Source of the DNA: Octopus vulgaris
Lineage: Eukaryota
Length of the DNA stretch: 64,000 bases
NCBI GenBank assembly: GCA_951406725.2
Contig: OX597823.1
Span: forward strand, 48,918,001-48,982,000
Reading direction: 5' to 3'
A program made the translations under genes and the position numbers. Below the pieces are notes generated by a model. It did no database searches. It saw nothing but the letters and a program-made list of their open reading frames with translations, and was not told the origin of the DNA. Below, piece after piece: positions 50,775 through 63,855 of the stretch (position 1 is the stretch's first letter; every line of letters starts with the position of its first letter).

Positions 50775-50776
<2 letters not shown>
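50461..50776 (-). mobile_element. TA-flanked HHR-bearing element (family H8)
   Basis: (TA)n both sides; HHR at 50677-50740; CpG retained. Confidence 0.65.
50677..50740 (-). ncRNA. Type I hammerhead ribozyme motif
   Basis: TTATCG CTGAAGA GTGG AA AATTC-TTAT-GAATT AA CCCT GAAA TTGG-GA-CCAA TA CGGTAA; 6-bp stem I, 5-bp stem III, AUA triplet. Confidence 0.75.
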
Positions 50777-50817
<41 letters not shown>

Positions 50818-50869
50818 CACATACATATATATACACACACACACATACATATAAACACACACACACACA

Positions 50870-51040
50870 CGATGGGTATCTTTCTATTTCTGTCACCCAA
50901 ATCTACTCACACAGCTTTAGTTGGGTCAGGGCTATAATAAAAGACACCTGTGACTTGCACATGGTGCCATGCAGTAGGACTGAACCTGAAATCACATATT
51001 TGGATAGCAGGCTTCTTAATCACACCAGCATGCTTGCACT
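50870..51040 (-). mobile_element. SINE family A head, diverged
   Basis: AAATCTACTCAC..GGCTATAATAAAAGACAC..GGACTGAACC. Confidence 0.65.
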
Positions 51041-52519
51041 TAATCTTCTTTCACTTATATTATACATATGTACATATATACATACATATATACAATATAT
51101 ATGTGTATATATATATGATATATATACACAAACATACACACACACATATATTTATATGCATACATACAAATGCACACTTATACTCATACATTCTCATATA
51201 CACATATAGTCATACATATTTCATGCATTTATCATTTCCATAGAAAATTTCTTCAGTATTCATTTCTGCATTTAGATGACTCTAATCATGTCTTAAATGT
51301 CTTACATTATTTTTCATAATCTCCTTTCAAAGAAATTTTGAAATTTTCTTTTATTTTCATTTGTAATATACTTTATTTATCCTAAACATTTCAACACTCT
51401 GTAAATATCACATTAAGATATGTATAGTCTGCATACTAAAAACAAAAAAAAATGGAGTTCTTACTTTCACTAACGCAACAACATACAAAGATGCAACATA
51501 TAACGTAATGCTTCTCAGTATTGCAATTCTTGCTGTCAACGTTTCACATACCCAGCCAGTTGCACTTTAGTTTTTGATGTAGTAGTTCTAGCTAGCAAGT
51601 TAGATACACTGGTTTACAGTTCTTCTTCTCTATACAATTTAATGTCTGCACTAAACCAAGTTAGGTGAACATTAGTTTGCATTACTACGGCTATAAATCA
51701 TAAAGGTATCATCTACTTCACAGTATTAGTTCTTAACTCAGATATCTAGTTACCACTAAGACTAGTATTAAAAATGGACTACCTCATTAATAATAGTCAT
51801 TAGTAATGAACTGTTTTTCAATTGTATTCATAGCAGACAACAGCATCACTAATTGACTTCATTATTTATAGGTGTCAGACCATTTGTAATATTCCCAGAA
51901 TCTGACTGTTTCATTAGTGCCAAGCAACACCAATTATAATTGACTATAACATTAGGACATAATTATATTATTAATTACCATCTGCTTCATTAGTAACTAT
52001 GTCACGTGAAACTCAATAAAATGATATTAAAGATGATATTAAATGATATTCATAGTTGATTCTTATTAAAATCCCCCAGTCAAATAATTATGTGTGTCCC
52101 ACTTGGTTTGTCATATATTTCAGGATAAATATTAGCTTCAGGTGAGAATTTATGTCAAGATCAACCTCATTATACATATTCTTATTGATCGGTGATTTTG
52201 GTGTCTTAACTTTGATGGAAGCATCATTTTTGTATGTTTTAAAAATTATTTAACATCTACGCTTTCTTTACTGTTTTTTTTTTCTTTTGGCACTTGGCCA
52301 GTGCTGGAGAGGAATCATCACCATTGTCATCATTGCTGTTGATGTTGTTGTCACTGTCATCATTATTTTTCTCATTACTTCTGTTTTCTATGTTTGCATG
52401 TGTTAGATGGCCCTTCATGGTCCAAATTAGTTTGTATTTGAAGCTATTGCTCCAATTAATACATCAGAGCATCACATCCTACTTGTATATTTCATGTTTG
52501 GCATAGTTTCCATGTCTGG

Positions 52520-52820
52520 ATCATCATCATCATCATCATCATCATCATTTAATGTCTGTTTTTCATGCTGGCATGGATTGGATGGCTTGAAAGGAGTTGG
52601 CAAGGTGATGGGGCCACATCAGGTTCCATTGTCTGTTTTGGTATGGTTTCTACAACTGGATGCCTTTCCTAACACCAACCACTTTACAGAGTATACTGGC
52701 TGCATTTTATGTGGTGCCAGCACCAGTGCTTTTTACATGGCACCATCACCAACGCTTTTTATGTGATATCAGTACTTTAGATTGTACTGGGTGCATTTCA
52801 TCATTACACCAGCATGAGTG
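52520..52820 (-). mobile_element. Family C
   Basis: (CAT)n-TTAATGTCTGTTTTTCATGCTGGCATGG. Confidence 0.75.
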
Positions 52821-52857
52821 AGGTTGTGATATTCTTCATTATATTAAAAGAATCTTT

Positions 52858-53825
52858 GTTCCCCATATCTCTGTTCATGTAACAACTACTTTAGAGTGTT
52901 CTGGGTGGCACCAATATTGGAAGGGTATTTTGTACTCATTAAGATTAGAGAGTCCTCTACATTTTATGTGTTCATTCAATGAAGCTAAGTTACTGAATAA
53001 AAGAGGAGGACCAGGATGAGTGAGAAAATGAAACAGGAGTGTGCTGGTAGAAACAGTGGTAGGAATTAGATGATAGTAGAGAGATGAGAGTGTCAAGGTA
53101 CCTTTTTCCCATGAAGTTCCCTTCTTGGTTGTGGTTGAACTCTTTCCCTTTTACCAGTCCACTGTTTACAACATTTAACATTTCAAGAGAAGATCCATTT
53201 TTCATCACAAGTCTATCCCAAAAAGGTGAAATGAGTTTGCGAGAATGGAGAGAAGGGCAGATATCAACTTGGGATTTGCATTTACTTTTGGATAATTCAT
53301 GAGGCACTCATTTTCTAAGTTTAGGAACCTTTCCAAGTTGCTGAAAATGACAATGAACAGTTGTTTGGCTTGAACTAAGCTTTATTGCCAATTCTTCAAC
53401 TGATAATGCAGGATTTTCTTCAACTAATGCGTCAAGGAGCTTAGCATCAAACTCAACTGGATCTTCATCTTCAAGGCTGAAATCTACACATCTGAATTTT
53501 GCAAACCATCTTCTGAAAGTTCTTTCATTCAAGCATTCTTTTCCATCAACTGAGTGTATGTTACGAGTCACTTCGGCTGCAGAGTTACCTTTTGTGTACT
53601 CATAAAGCATTATGTGCCTCAAATGCTCTTTGGATACTACCATGTTAAAAAGGGTTATAATCAAAGAAATTTTAATTCTATTATTCTGTAAAATAATTTT
53701 TAATTAGTTTAAATGTATACAAATGCATAAAAATAATTTTTAATTCCATTAGACATTCTAAAATACTATTAAATTTCATTCAATTTTAAAAAGGTAAAAT
53801 CGGACAGAACTTATGGGATGACCTG
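52858..53825 (-). mobile_element. Internally deleted mariner
   Basis: HLRHIMLYEY..RRWFAKFRCVDFSLED..PHEL; end CAGGTCATCCCATAAGTTC, similar to the 26643 TIR. Confidence 0.88.
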
Positions 53826-53895
<70 letters not shown>

Positions 53896-53897
53896 AT

Positions 53898-54545
53898 GAC
53901 TGATGTGTCAGTATTATGAATTCTTGATTGGCATTTTTCGAATGATTAACGGAAATTGCCAAAACTGACATGTCAGTATTAAGAATTCTCAATTAGTACT
54001 TTTTGGATAATTGGGGTCCCTGTTAGTGTATATGTTTTCATTCATGTGTGTTAATTACAGCATTAGAGCATTTAGCTATTATTTCTAGCAATGTAGATGT
54101 TTCCTAACACTCTAGTCACATTTAGTGACATTCATAATTCTCGTTTTTGGTGAAACATTGCAAACTACTGTTTATCTTAATTTTATATATACACATTAGT
54201 GAATCACTAAATCATCCAATTATTTGAATGATGAAAACATAAATACTAATGGTGAAGCAAGGCCGGAAAGAGCTGAACGGTTGAGCGATCATAACTGATG
54301 AGGTGACTGAAATTGCCAAAACTAATGCATCAGTTTTAAGAATTCTCGATCGGCACTTTTTGGATGATTATGATCTTTGTTAATGCACATGTTTTCATTC
54401 ATGTGTGTTAACAACAGGATTAGAGTGTTTAGCTCTCATTTCTAGCAACGTAGGTGTTTCCTAATACTCTAGTCACATTTAGTGACATTTTTAATTCTCC
54501 ATTCTGGTGAAACATTGCAAACTGCTGTTTATATTAATTTCATAT
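53898..54545 (+). mobile_element. Partially tandem-repeated pLTR-like element with HHR motif (family H9)
   Basis: Direct repeats 53950-54185 / 54306-54543 plus partial 53898-53948; ATAA CTGATGA GG..CC AAAA CTAATGCATCAG TT TTA; other copies have CTGACATGTCAG TA TTA. Confidence 0.7.
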
Positions 54546-54569
54546 CTATCTATCTATCTATCTATATAT

Positions 54570-54945
54570 TGTGTTGTTTTTGGGGATGGATTTTTTTTTG
54601 CCAAATAAACACACACACTAAATATTTGTTCTTTATTCATTTATTACTGTTCTTATTTCACCACATTCTATCTTCGTGTGTGCTCCTACTCCTTTTAATC
54701 CATCTGGATTAAGCTGAGCAGAAGCACACACAAGGATGGGAAGTGTCACTGAAGAGGTCACAGATGTGTGACAAAAGATTTCCAGACAATGGACATGAGT
54801 TAAAATAATAACAGTAATAGATGAGTGAAGAATGAATATGCAGTGCGTGTGTTTATGTGGCAAAAAAAAAATGACCATCTTGAAATACAACAATATTTGT
54901 TTCAACACATGGTTTCAGATTAGGAATCTTTCAACACAAATTCAT
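54570..54945 (+). mobile_element. Fold-back element family H7 (second copy)
   Basis: Inverted arms ~54575-54657 / 54800-54890; TGTCA CTGAAGA G GTCAC AGATGT GTGAC AAAA. Confidence 0.7.
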
Positions 54946-55055
54946 AAATGTATGTGCGTGTGTGTGTTTATATATATAAGTATATATATATATATATATA
55001 ACATATACTATATATATGATATAAATATATATATTTATATCATGTATATAACATA

Positions 55056-55090
<35 letters not shown>

Positions 55091-56140
55091 ATAAATATAT
55101 AAATTCGATCATTATCCAATGAAAGCATTTTCTTTTATTTATTCATCTTTTATTTTCTTTTATGGAATATTTTAAAATGTACATGGTCAGTTGATCTGCT
55201 AAAAGCATCACCAAAATCTCTCTCAAATCAAAGCCAACCTTCATAAAAAAGGTCAAATATCACATTAGGTATTAATAATATTCATAAAAAGACAAGGATG
55301 GTCATAGCTAAAAGACCTTTAACTATAAGTCTACTGAAGCAGGGATAACCAGGATCTATAACAATAAAAACATTAAGTATATGACACCAACAACAGTAAC
55401 AACATCGGTGACTGTATGTTGAGCCTATAAAGAAGTATTGATGGTGCCACTTGACTTGCAAATCATACCTTATTTTATTTTTTTATTTTAAGGGAGGGAA
55501 CATTTGAATTATGTGACGCTGAATACAAGATGATTACAAGTGGCATGCTTTTGATGGTAATAATTTTATTCAGTGAGAGTCAATTTAGGGTTAATCAGCA
55601 ACAATAATAATTGAGTCTTGAGTGAGATTTAAATTTGTTTCCATTAACTGATTGTATTTCCATCCAAAAACAACAAGCAACAAATTGACTGGATGGTTAA
55701 AGTGTAAGACAAAATGCTTTGCTGTGTTCGTTCCAGCTCTCGGTTTTTGACTTCTAATCTTGCGCTTTTCATCCTTTCTGGATTGATTAAATATGTACCA
55801 GTCATGGTCAGTTGGTTGTCATAATTCTTTTAAAAATTGGTTAAGATGTCTTATGGTATTTGTTTCAACACTTTACATTATGATTTCTTGATTGGTATAC
55901 TTATTCTATCTCTCAGTTTAACATCCTGGTTCTTGGGTGCCTTTGGTGAAATTTGCTCTGTTTTAAGGTAAAGCCTCTGGCTAGAGGATAAAGTCCTTCT
56001 GTTCTTCCACCAGACTTGGAGGTCCTGTACAAAATGAAGAGCCATGGAGGCTACCCTCTCCTCTTTAACTGAATGATTTCTTCCATAGTCTCTTTAGTGT
56101 TTCTTAGGTTGTGTTGAAAACCCAACCCCAAAGTTACATA

Positions 56141-56547
56141 CCATAAATCCTCGAGTATAATCCGCATTTTTTTCCCAAAATTTAAAGGTCAAAATCCCTA
56201 GTGCGTACTATATACGAGGTTAAAAATGAAAATTATTTTCTAAGCAATGTCTGAGTCACTATTTGCTGTCTGGCAATGTTTATTCAGACGCATTTTGTGA
56301 TGTTGGGCACGAAAATACCTTAAGCTAAGCCTGAAAGCAATGAAGTCATAAAAGAATCATCCATAACGGTAATAAAAGATGTTACCGTATACATTTTTAC
56401 AAACCAAGGACGTTATATAGACCTCCCTGACTCAAGTTAGAGAAGGGGTATGTATTATACACAAGGTTTAGGTTTTTCAGAGGTACAGCCCCGTAAAAAT
56501 CCTCTGCGTATTATATTCAAGGGCAGACTGTACTCGAGGATTTACGG
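56141..56547. mobile_element. Tc1/mariner-superfamily MITE (CCGTA-type TIR)
   Basis: TA-CCATAAATCCTCGAGTATA...TGTACTCGAGGATTTACGG-TA. Confidence 0.85.
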
Positions 56548-56612
56548 TATGTTTTCTTTTTTGCTCTTTTCTTAGATTTGATGCAGGACACAAGACACTC
56601 CTTCCAGTATAG

Positions 56613-56870
56613 TGGAGGCATGTGGCTTAGTGGTTAGGGTGTTGGACTCGTGAAAGTTAGATTGTGGTTTTGATTCTTGGACTGGGTGACACGTTGTGTT
56701 CTTGAGTAAAACACCTCACTTCACATTACTCCAGTCCACTCAGCTGGCAAAAATGAGTAATCCTGCGATGGACCAGCGTCCCATCCAGGTGGGGGAATAT
56801 ATATGCCGTGGAAAACCAGGAAACCAGCCCTTATGAGTCAGCATGACTTGAGAAAGTAACTTTACTTTTT
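56613..56870 (+). mobile_element. SINE family D (tRNA head, V-domain-like box)
   Basis: GTGGCTTAGTGGTTAGGG A-box; CCTGCGATGGACCAGCGTCCCATCCAGG; AACTTTACTTT tail. Confidence 0.75.
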
Positions 56871-56900
56871 GTCAGATGTTAAGTGTTGACATGAATAACT

Positions 56901-57302
56901 TACTCTTTTACTCATTTACTTGTTTCAGTCATTTGACTGTGGCCATGCTGGAGCACCGCCTTTAGTCGAGCAAATCGACCCCGGGACTTATTCTTTGTAA
57001 GCCCAGTACTTATTCTATTGGTCTCTTTTGCTGAACCGCTAAGTGACGGGGATGTAAACACACCAGCATCAGTTGTCAAGCAATGCTAGGGGGACAAACA
57101 CACACACATACACACATATACATATATATACATATATACGACAGGCTTCTTTCAGTTTCCGTCTACCAAATCCACTCACAAGGCATTGGCCGGCCCGGAG
57201 CTATAGCAGAAGACACTTGCTCAAGATGCCACACAGTGGGACTGAACCCGGAGCCATGTGGTTGGTTAGCAAGCCACTTACCACACAGCCACTTCTGCGC
57301 CT
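56901..57302 (-). mobile_element. SINE family A, full length
   Basis: Closely similar to 39290-39717. Confidence 0.92.
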
Positions 57303-57359
57303 ACTTGATGAAGTTTTACATTAAAAAAAAGAAATTACCACTCATTACCACTCAGATAT

Positions 57360-57578
57360 AAGGCAGCAAGCTGGAGGAATCATTAGCATGCTGGGCAAAA
57401 TGCTTAGTGGCATTTCATTCATCTTTATGATCTGAGTTCAAATTCCACTGGAGGTGACTTTGTCTTTCACTCTTCCAGGGTTGATAAAATAAGTACCAGT
57501 TGAACACTGGAGGTCTATGTAATCAACTTAACCCCATCACTGAAATTGCTGGCCTTGTGTCAAAACTTTAAACCAATA
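57360..57578 (+). mobile_element. SINE family B, full length
   Basis: AAGGCAGCAAGCTGG..GAGTTCAAATTCC..AAAATAAGTACCAGTT. Confidence 0.82.
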
Positions 57579-58794
57579 TGATACCAGAGTTGTAACACTG
57601 TACTTAACAGTCACTTATATGGAAGCTGCATAGAATATTGAAAAGCTCATATCATAAACAGAACAACAAAATCAAGGCTAAAGAATATTTTTGAAAGGAA
57701 AAAAAAAACTAAAAAAAATCTATTTCACAAAGAAGAAATTGTAGAAATGAGTAATGAAATGAACCTCAGAACCAAAATCATCTGCAACATTCTATGTTCA
57801 TAATCAAATATATAAATGTTTAAAATTTTATTTTAAATGATTTAAAAAAAACCAGATTAAATATAGTTTTACTGAGTAAGTAATATAGGCTGCAGCATTT
57901 AAAAATTGCAGGGACCTATACAAGCTCCCTGAAGTAGATAATTTTTGCAAGAGGAAATTTTCAAATTCAATCAGTCTATATTGCTCTTGTAATAACTCAT
58001 CTCAGAAATTATTTGTCCACTATTTACTAAATAACTATACATTAATTGTCCACTGTTTGAGATACAATTAGATATTGATTGTCCAAGACATACCAATTCT
58101 ATCTACGGCACCTACTGCAGCTATACATTCTTTGTTTTTGCACTTTGTTTCAAGAGATATTCAATACCTCACCATTTAATAGCATCTGATTGCATGTACT
58201 GAAAGATAAAGACTTCTTTTTTTTTTAAAACAATTGCACACTTTAATTTACAATCAAGGAAATACCAAGAGAAATTCACTATTAAGTAACAGCTAATAGC
58301 TTTGTGCCATGCTACTTATGAAACAACAAGCTGAATTGTTGAAAGGTTTCCAGAATTTTTACAAGTTGTTTCTTTCAATATCTTTAAATTCACAAGGCAT
58401 TTTTTTAACTTTTGCTGTTTCTGCAACTAAGTGCAAACATTCAAAATAATAAAATCTTGCCATAAATTTAAAACTGAGTTGAGCCATAGATTTGCATTTT
58501 CCCAGTGAATTGTTTTTTTTTTAAAACAATTGAAACTTATATTTTAGCACTTATAGCAATTATAGGATTTCAGTTAAAACTACCAAAGAAATTAAAAAGT
58601 AAAACAACAATAAATTATTGGTTTGAACTTCTGAAAGTTTTTTTTTCATTCAGTAAAATTTGTTTTATTTATTTCTGCTTAAAGATTACTCAGTCAGGAA
58701 ATTCTACTTACAAGCATATACAGTCTATTAATGGCAAATATTTAGTTTTTCATAAAAATTTTCCAGTTTTATATGTGCGTATATATACATACAT

Positions 58795-58858
<64 letters not shown>

Positions 58859-60564
58859 AGCAAATAAACATTGATAATACTGATTAATTTGGTTTAGAAA
58901 TCGTTCAGAATTTATAAATTCAATGACAAACTGTAACTTAATTTATCTCTCTCACCTCATTAACAGGGCAATTCTTTGATATAAGACAGTTATCTATGAT
59001 AAGGCATGCTTTAGTAAAGCAATTCATAATTCTGGGTGACAAGAATGGATGTTCTTCTGAAAATGAGAGAATAGATTTGCAAGAAATGTATCAGAGCCTG
59101 AAGTTCTCTGAGAACAAATTAACAAAATCCACTGAGTTGAATAATGCTCATGTACTGAATAATGCTCATGTATAGATGACTTGCTGTTAAACAGTATATA
59201 TATTTGTTACTTAGATTAACTCTAGTGTTGAGGTTGAAGCTGGGAATATGTTAAGAGAATGAGAAGAGTACAAGGTTAGTTGAACTGTTGTTTATTAAAC
59301 TACTATTGCTTTTTAATGCCAAGGATATATTCTCTCTTTACAAAATAAGTATTGTAGGATGTGAATGTTGTAAGTGGGATTTTATAGATTATATAACAGA
59401 AAATAGAGCATGAAATCAAATCAGAGAAATTTCGTAGGTGTCAGAAACCTGGTTTAATGTATATACGAGAGGCAATAGTGATGTTATGGGCAATAAATAC
59501 AAAATGAATGAGGCACATTGAGTGAAAATGTATCATTAAGTAGAACGATAAACTAAAGCTTACAAAATTGAAATCACTAGTAAGAGCTGAGATAGAGAAA
59601 CAGCTGCATCGATATGAGCACCCATATTAAGGACACTACTGTTTCTGTTGTTGTTAATGATGATGATGATGATGATGGGGGTGGTGGTGGTGGTAGTGAT
59701 GATGGTGACAGTGGTGCTGAAAACAAGCGTGACAAAATGTTAGTCATGCTGATACTTATATCCTAAACCAATGTTTCTCACTTTTATTGTATTATTCAAT
59801 ACAATGAATATGAAATCAAATATAAAAATTTATTTAATTAAATTTTTGTTTTTAGGAAACTACTTTATCAAGGAAATAATTCGAAATTAAGTTTGTCAGG
59901 TCACAGAAGCAAGTAGTACAGAATGAAAATTAAATCACTGATCCAGAAAATGATATCATGTTAAACAAATGCTAAGAATACACGTAAAAGTATTTAGATG
60001 ATGAAAATAATTTCATATTTGCATGGTATTCTTTGGGCAAAAGCCCCAAAAGATAAGCTAAATAATATCATAGCAGTCTTATCTGAATAGACTTTAATGA
60101 GAAAAATTTACGACAATATGGTATGCCTGAGTTTTGGAAATAATTAAAGTTATTCTGATACTAAATTAGATACCAGAACTATTATATATCCTATTCATAC
60201 ATGAAGATATAATATAACGAATATATCCAATCTTAGATTATATTTATTTTCAGATGTCTTTAGTGTGTAGATATTGGCATAAGTAAACAGATGTGAACCT
60301 GTGCTTAGATCATTTTACACACTGGAAATTTATGTATGTGTGTACACATGCATACACACATGCACATACATGCACGTACACACACGCATGCATGCACACA
60401 TACACAAACATGTACATACGCATGCACACATTTCTGACTCAGGATATGAAATGCATCTGATCCAGCTCTTTACTAACTGTGTCATTCTCCATGCTCTAAA
60501 TTCAATTGCTACACTATCACCACCAGCACCAGTATCACCACCACCACCACCACCACCACCACCA

Positions 60565-60880
60565 CCATCATCATGACCATCCTTTAATGCTTGTTTTCCA
60601 TGCTGGGATAGGCTAGATGGTTTGACCAGAGTCAGCAAGCAGGAGAGCTTCACCAGGTTCCAGTCTGATTTGGCCCGGTTTCATAGATGGATGCCTTTCC
60701 TAATGCCAGTCAATCCTCTTCATCAGGAGAAGTGGCATTAACACTTCTGTTGTGGCAGACGAGTCTTTTTGAGGACAAAATACCTCAGTCCTTTGTCAGC
60801 TCCTCTGTAAGATTCAGTGTTCTGAGATCATCCCTCACTACTTTGTCTCATGTCTACTTGGGTCTCCCTCATACAAAAGT
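60565..60880 (-). mobile_element. RTE 3' coding remnant followed by family C tail
   Basis: GRPK..DKVVRDDLRTLNLTEELTKD (60780-60870) adjacent to family C (60565-60708). Confidence 0.65.
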
Positions 60881-60912
60881 TATCATCCATCCATCCACAC
60901 ACACACACACTT

Positions 60913-61037
60913 GAAGGTACATGGCCTAGTGGTTTGGCTGTTGCACTCATGATTGCTAGATAGTGGGTTTGATTCCCTGATTGGGTGGTACTTTGTGTTC
61001 TTGAGCAAAACATCAATTCACGTTGTTTCAGTCCCAC
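60913..61037 (+). mobile_element. SINE family D head
   Basis: ATGGCCTAGTGGTT..GGGTTTGATTCCC..GTGTTCTTGAGCAAAAC. Confidence 0.65.
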
Positions 61038-61860
61038 TTTTGGTTAGGGGGAAAATGTTGACCTATAGTGATACCCCTATACCCACAGTGCATACATACA
61101 CAGGTTGATTTGTTAGTAGACTGTTATGTAGGCAAATATATATAAATATATATATATATGTATGTATATATATAAGTAGGTAAAATGGATATGTAGGTAA
61201 ACAGATAGTAGATGGACAGACAAGTACTCTCTCACACACACACACACACGCAAAACACAAACATGCACACACAAACACATGAATATGCAAAATACATACA
61301 TATAAACATACATACATGCATACATATATATATACATACATACACACACATATATACATACATACATACATGCATACATACATATGTGTATACACATGAA
61401 TGCTGATGCACACAAACAAACAAACAAACAAACAAAAATAATGCAGCTCCAGTAACGGACAGAGTCAACAACAATTGAAGAAGTTGTAAGAAGCAACGAA
61501 AATTTTAGAAAAAGTCAATAAGTAAATGAGTGGAAATCGAACTGGTGTGTGTGTTAATTAATAAGGTATTAAAACAGAATGACTCTCCCCAGACACAACA
61601 AAATATGCTTCAGCACACTAATTCACATAAAGTATCTTGCAAACCAAATACAAAAACAATGTATCATCATCATCGTGCTGTATGAACATTTAATGTGGTT
61701 TTAGAGTTAGGTTTTGGCTGCTATTTTCAGCATGGTGGTATCTTGTAGATACCCAAAATTATAATTTTAATAATAATTATTACCTTTGAAGGTTTTTATT
61801 TCCATGCTGGCCACTTGATAAGATCATTATATAATTTAAATTAATGATCTTATCCTTATA

Positions 61861-61920
<60 letters not shown>

Positions 61921-61925
<5 letters not shown>

Positions 61926-63606
61926 ATGGTATGACAACAAAAGAATGAATGAAACCTCAATATATAAATCGAGGAATTTATCTGTAATATAATAAGTGAC
62001 AATTATTTGGTTGTCATAATAAAACTCTGAGGCAGTGGATTTAGCGAGGAAATAACCTATACACCTGCCACCAGTCCAATAATAAAGAAAAGGAAACATA
62101 GGGATAGGAAAACTATCTGGTTCACACACCCTTACTCCCCCGAAGTGACCTTTAATATGGGTAAATATTTCTTAGCACTTATAGATAAACATTTTCCAAT
62201 CAATCATAGTAACAGAACGTTCTTCGATAAACATAACTTAAAAATCAGTTTTAGCTCAACTACTGATTTTAAAACTATAATCGCACACAACACACAAAAA
62301 CAACAAAATGAAACCAGCTGTTCGCGCAGGGATAAAAATTTGTGCCTGCTAAATGGAGCTTGCATGTCTGAGACCATCATTTATGAAGCCACCGTAGACT
62401 CTACAACCACTAAGGACATAGTTTCATCAAAGAGATATATGGGTCTCACAGAAGGGAATTTTAAAGCCAGGTTCAACAATCACATCTTGAGCTTCAGACA
62501 CTGGGATAAAAGAAAAACAACCAAATTATCCAGTCATATATGGTACTTAAGAGAAAAAGGTGCCAATTACAACATCCATTGGAAGATCTTTGCCAAGTGT
62601 AACTAACGACAGTGGAAAGTGTAGTCTTTGTGAGATCTAAAGGTAGCTCATCTAGAAAAGCAGCTTAGACCCTGCTACATGTCTAAATCCAAGAACTGAA
62701 CATTTTGGTTCATGTCCGCATATGGCTAAATATTTGTTACGTTTTTGGTCCCCCCAAGATCACCGATAGAACCTGTTTTTTATATTGTGTCCACGTATAA
62801 GCATTTTATCTCTCTATATTTTTTATATATATATTTTTTTTACATATTTATATATATATTTTTATATATTTTTATTGCTTTATATATTTTTACATATTTT
62901 TTCTGTATTTTACCTTTCACCCTGCATTTTTCGTGTGCATGTATGTATATAGACATGTATATGAACATATTTGTGCATGTATGGGTATATATACATGTGT
63001 GTGTGGGTATGCATATGCGTACATGTGTATGGTTGCATATATATGTGGGTGTACATGCATGTGTTTCACGTGACTGTGAGTGACCATATGTATATATAGC
63101 ATTTGTGTATTTAGATGTGTATATGAATATAATTATGCACATATGGGTATGTGCGCATGTGTGTGTGCGTCTTTGCAGATATGTATATGTGTACATGTGT
63201 ATGGTTGCATATATATGTGCACATATAGGCATGTGTGTGGGTGTGCATGTATGTGTTTCACATGAGTGTGAGTGGGCATATGCATACAAGCACATGTACA
63301 TGGGTGTGTATGCATGCATGTGTATGTATGTACATGCACACATACGCAAACTCTATGAGCGTTTTTGCTTTTTTACTTTCTCCCCTTCGGTTTTTTTTCC
63401 CTTTATTTAAAAGTCATTCTATTAGCCCTTTTGCTTGTCTTAATAATGGTCATTTACATAGTAATTTCCCTTTGTTCAACGGTCATTTTCATAGCAGTTT
63501 TTGATTGTCTTAATAACTGATGATGCCAGAGCAGATTTCTGCCCTGATATCCAAAACTCGGAGTTTTATTATGGCAACCGAATAATTGTCACATATATTA
63601 TAGATA
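61921..63606 (+). mobile_element. 5'-truncated Penelope-like element (GIY-YIG) with inverted pLTR, related to 33316-34722
   Basis: FNMGKYFLALIDKHFP..IIYEATV..YMGLTEGNFKARFNNH; inverted 61980-62027 / 63556-63604; degenerate HHR TAATAA CTGATGA...CAAAA CTCGGAG TT TTATTA at 63511-63571; TA flanks. Confidence 0.92.
62935..63345. repeat. Degenerate (TG/TA/CA)n expansion inside the PLE 3' region
   Basis: Absent from the 33316 copy. Confidence 0.85.
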
Positions 63607-63617
63607 TATATATCATT

Positions 63618-63853
63618 ATCATTATCATCGTTTAACATCAGCTTTCCATGCTAGCATGGGGTGGACTAGCGAACCAGATGGCTGCACCAGGCTCCAATCT
63701 GATCTGGCAGAATTTCTACAGTTGGATGCTTTTCCTAACACCAACCACTCTGAGGGTGTAGTGGATGCTTTTACGTGCCACTGGCACAACGGCCAGTCAG
63801 GTGGTATTGGCAACAGCCACGTTCAAATGGTGCTTTTTATGTACCGCCTGCAC
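63618..63853 (-). mobile_element. Family C
   Basis: CATCGTTTAACATCAGCTTTCCATGCTAGCATGGG. Confidence 0.8.
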
Positions 63854-63855
63854 AA

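Noticed and set aside
59825-59920. TTTTGTTTTTAG acceptor with short open frames
   Set aside because: All frames stop within about 20 codons and there is no clear donor; expected by chance in AT-rich DNA
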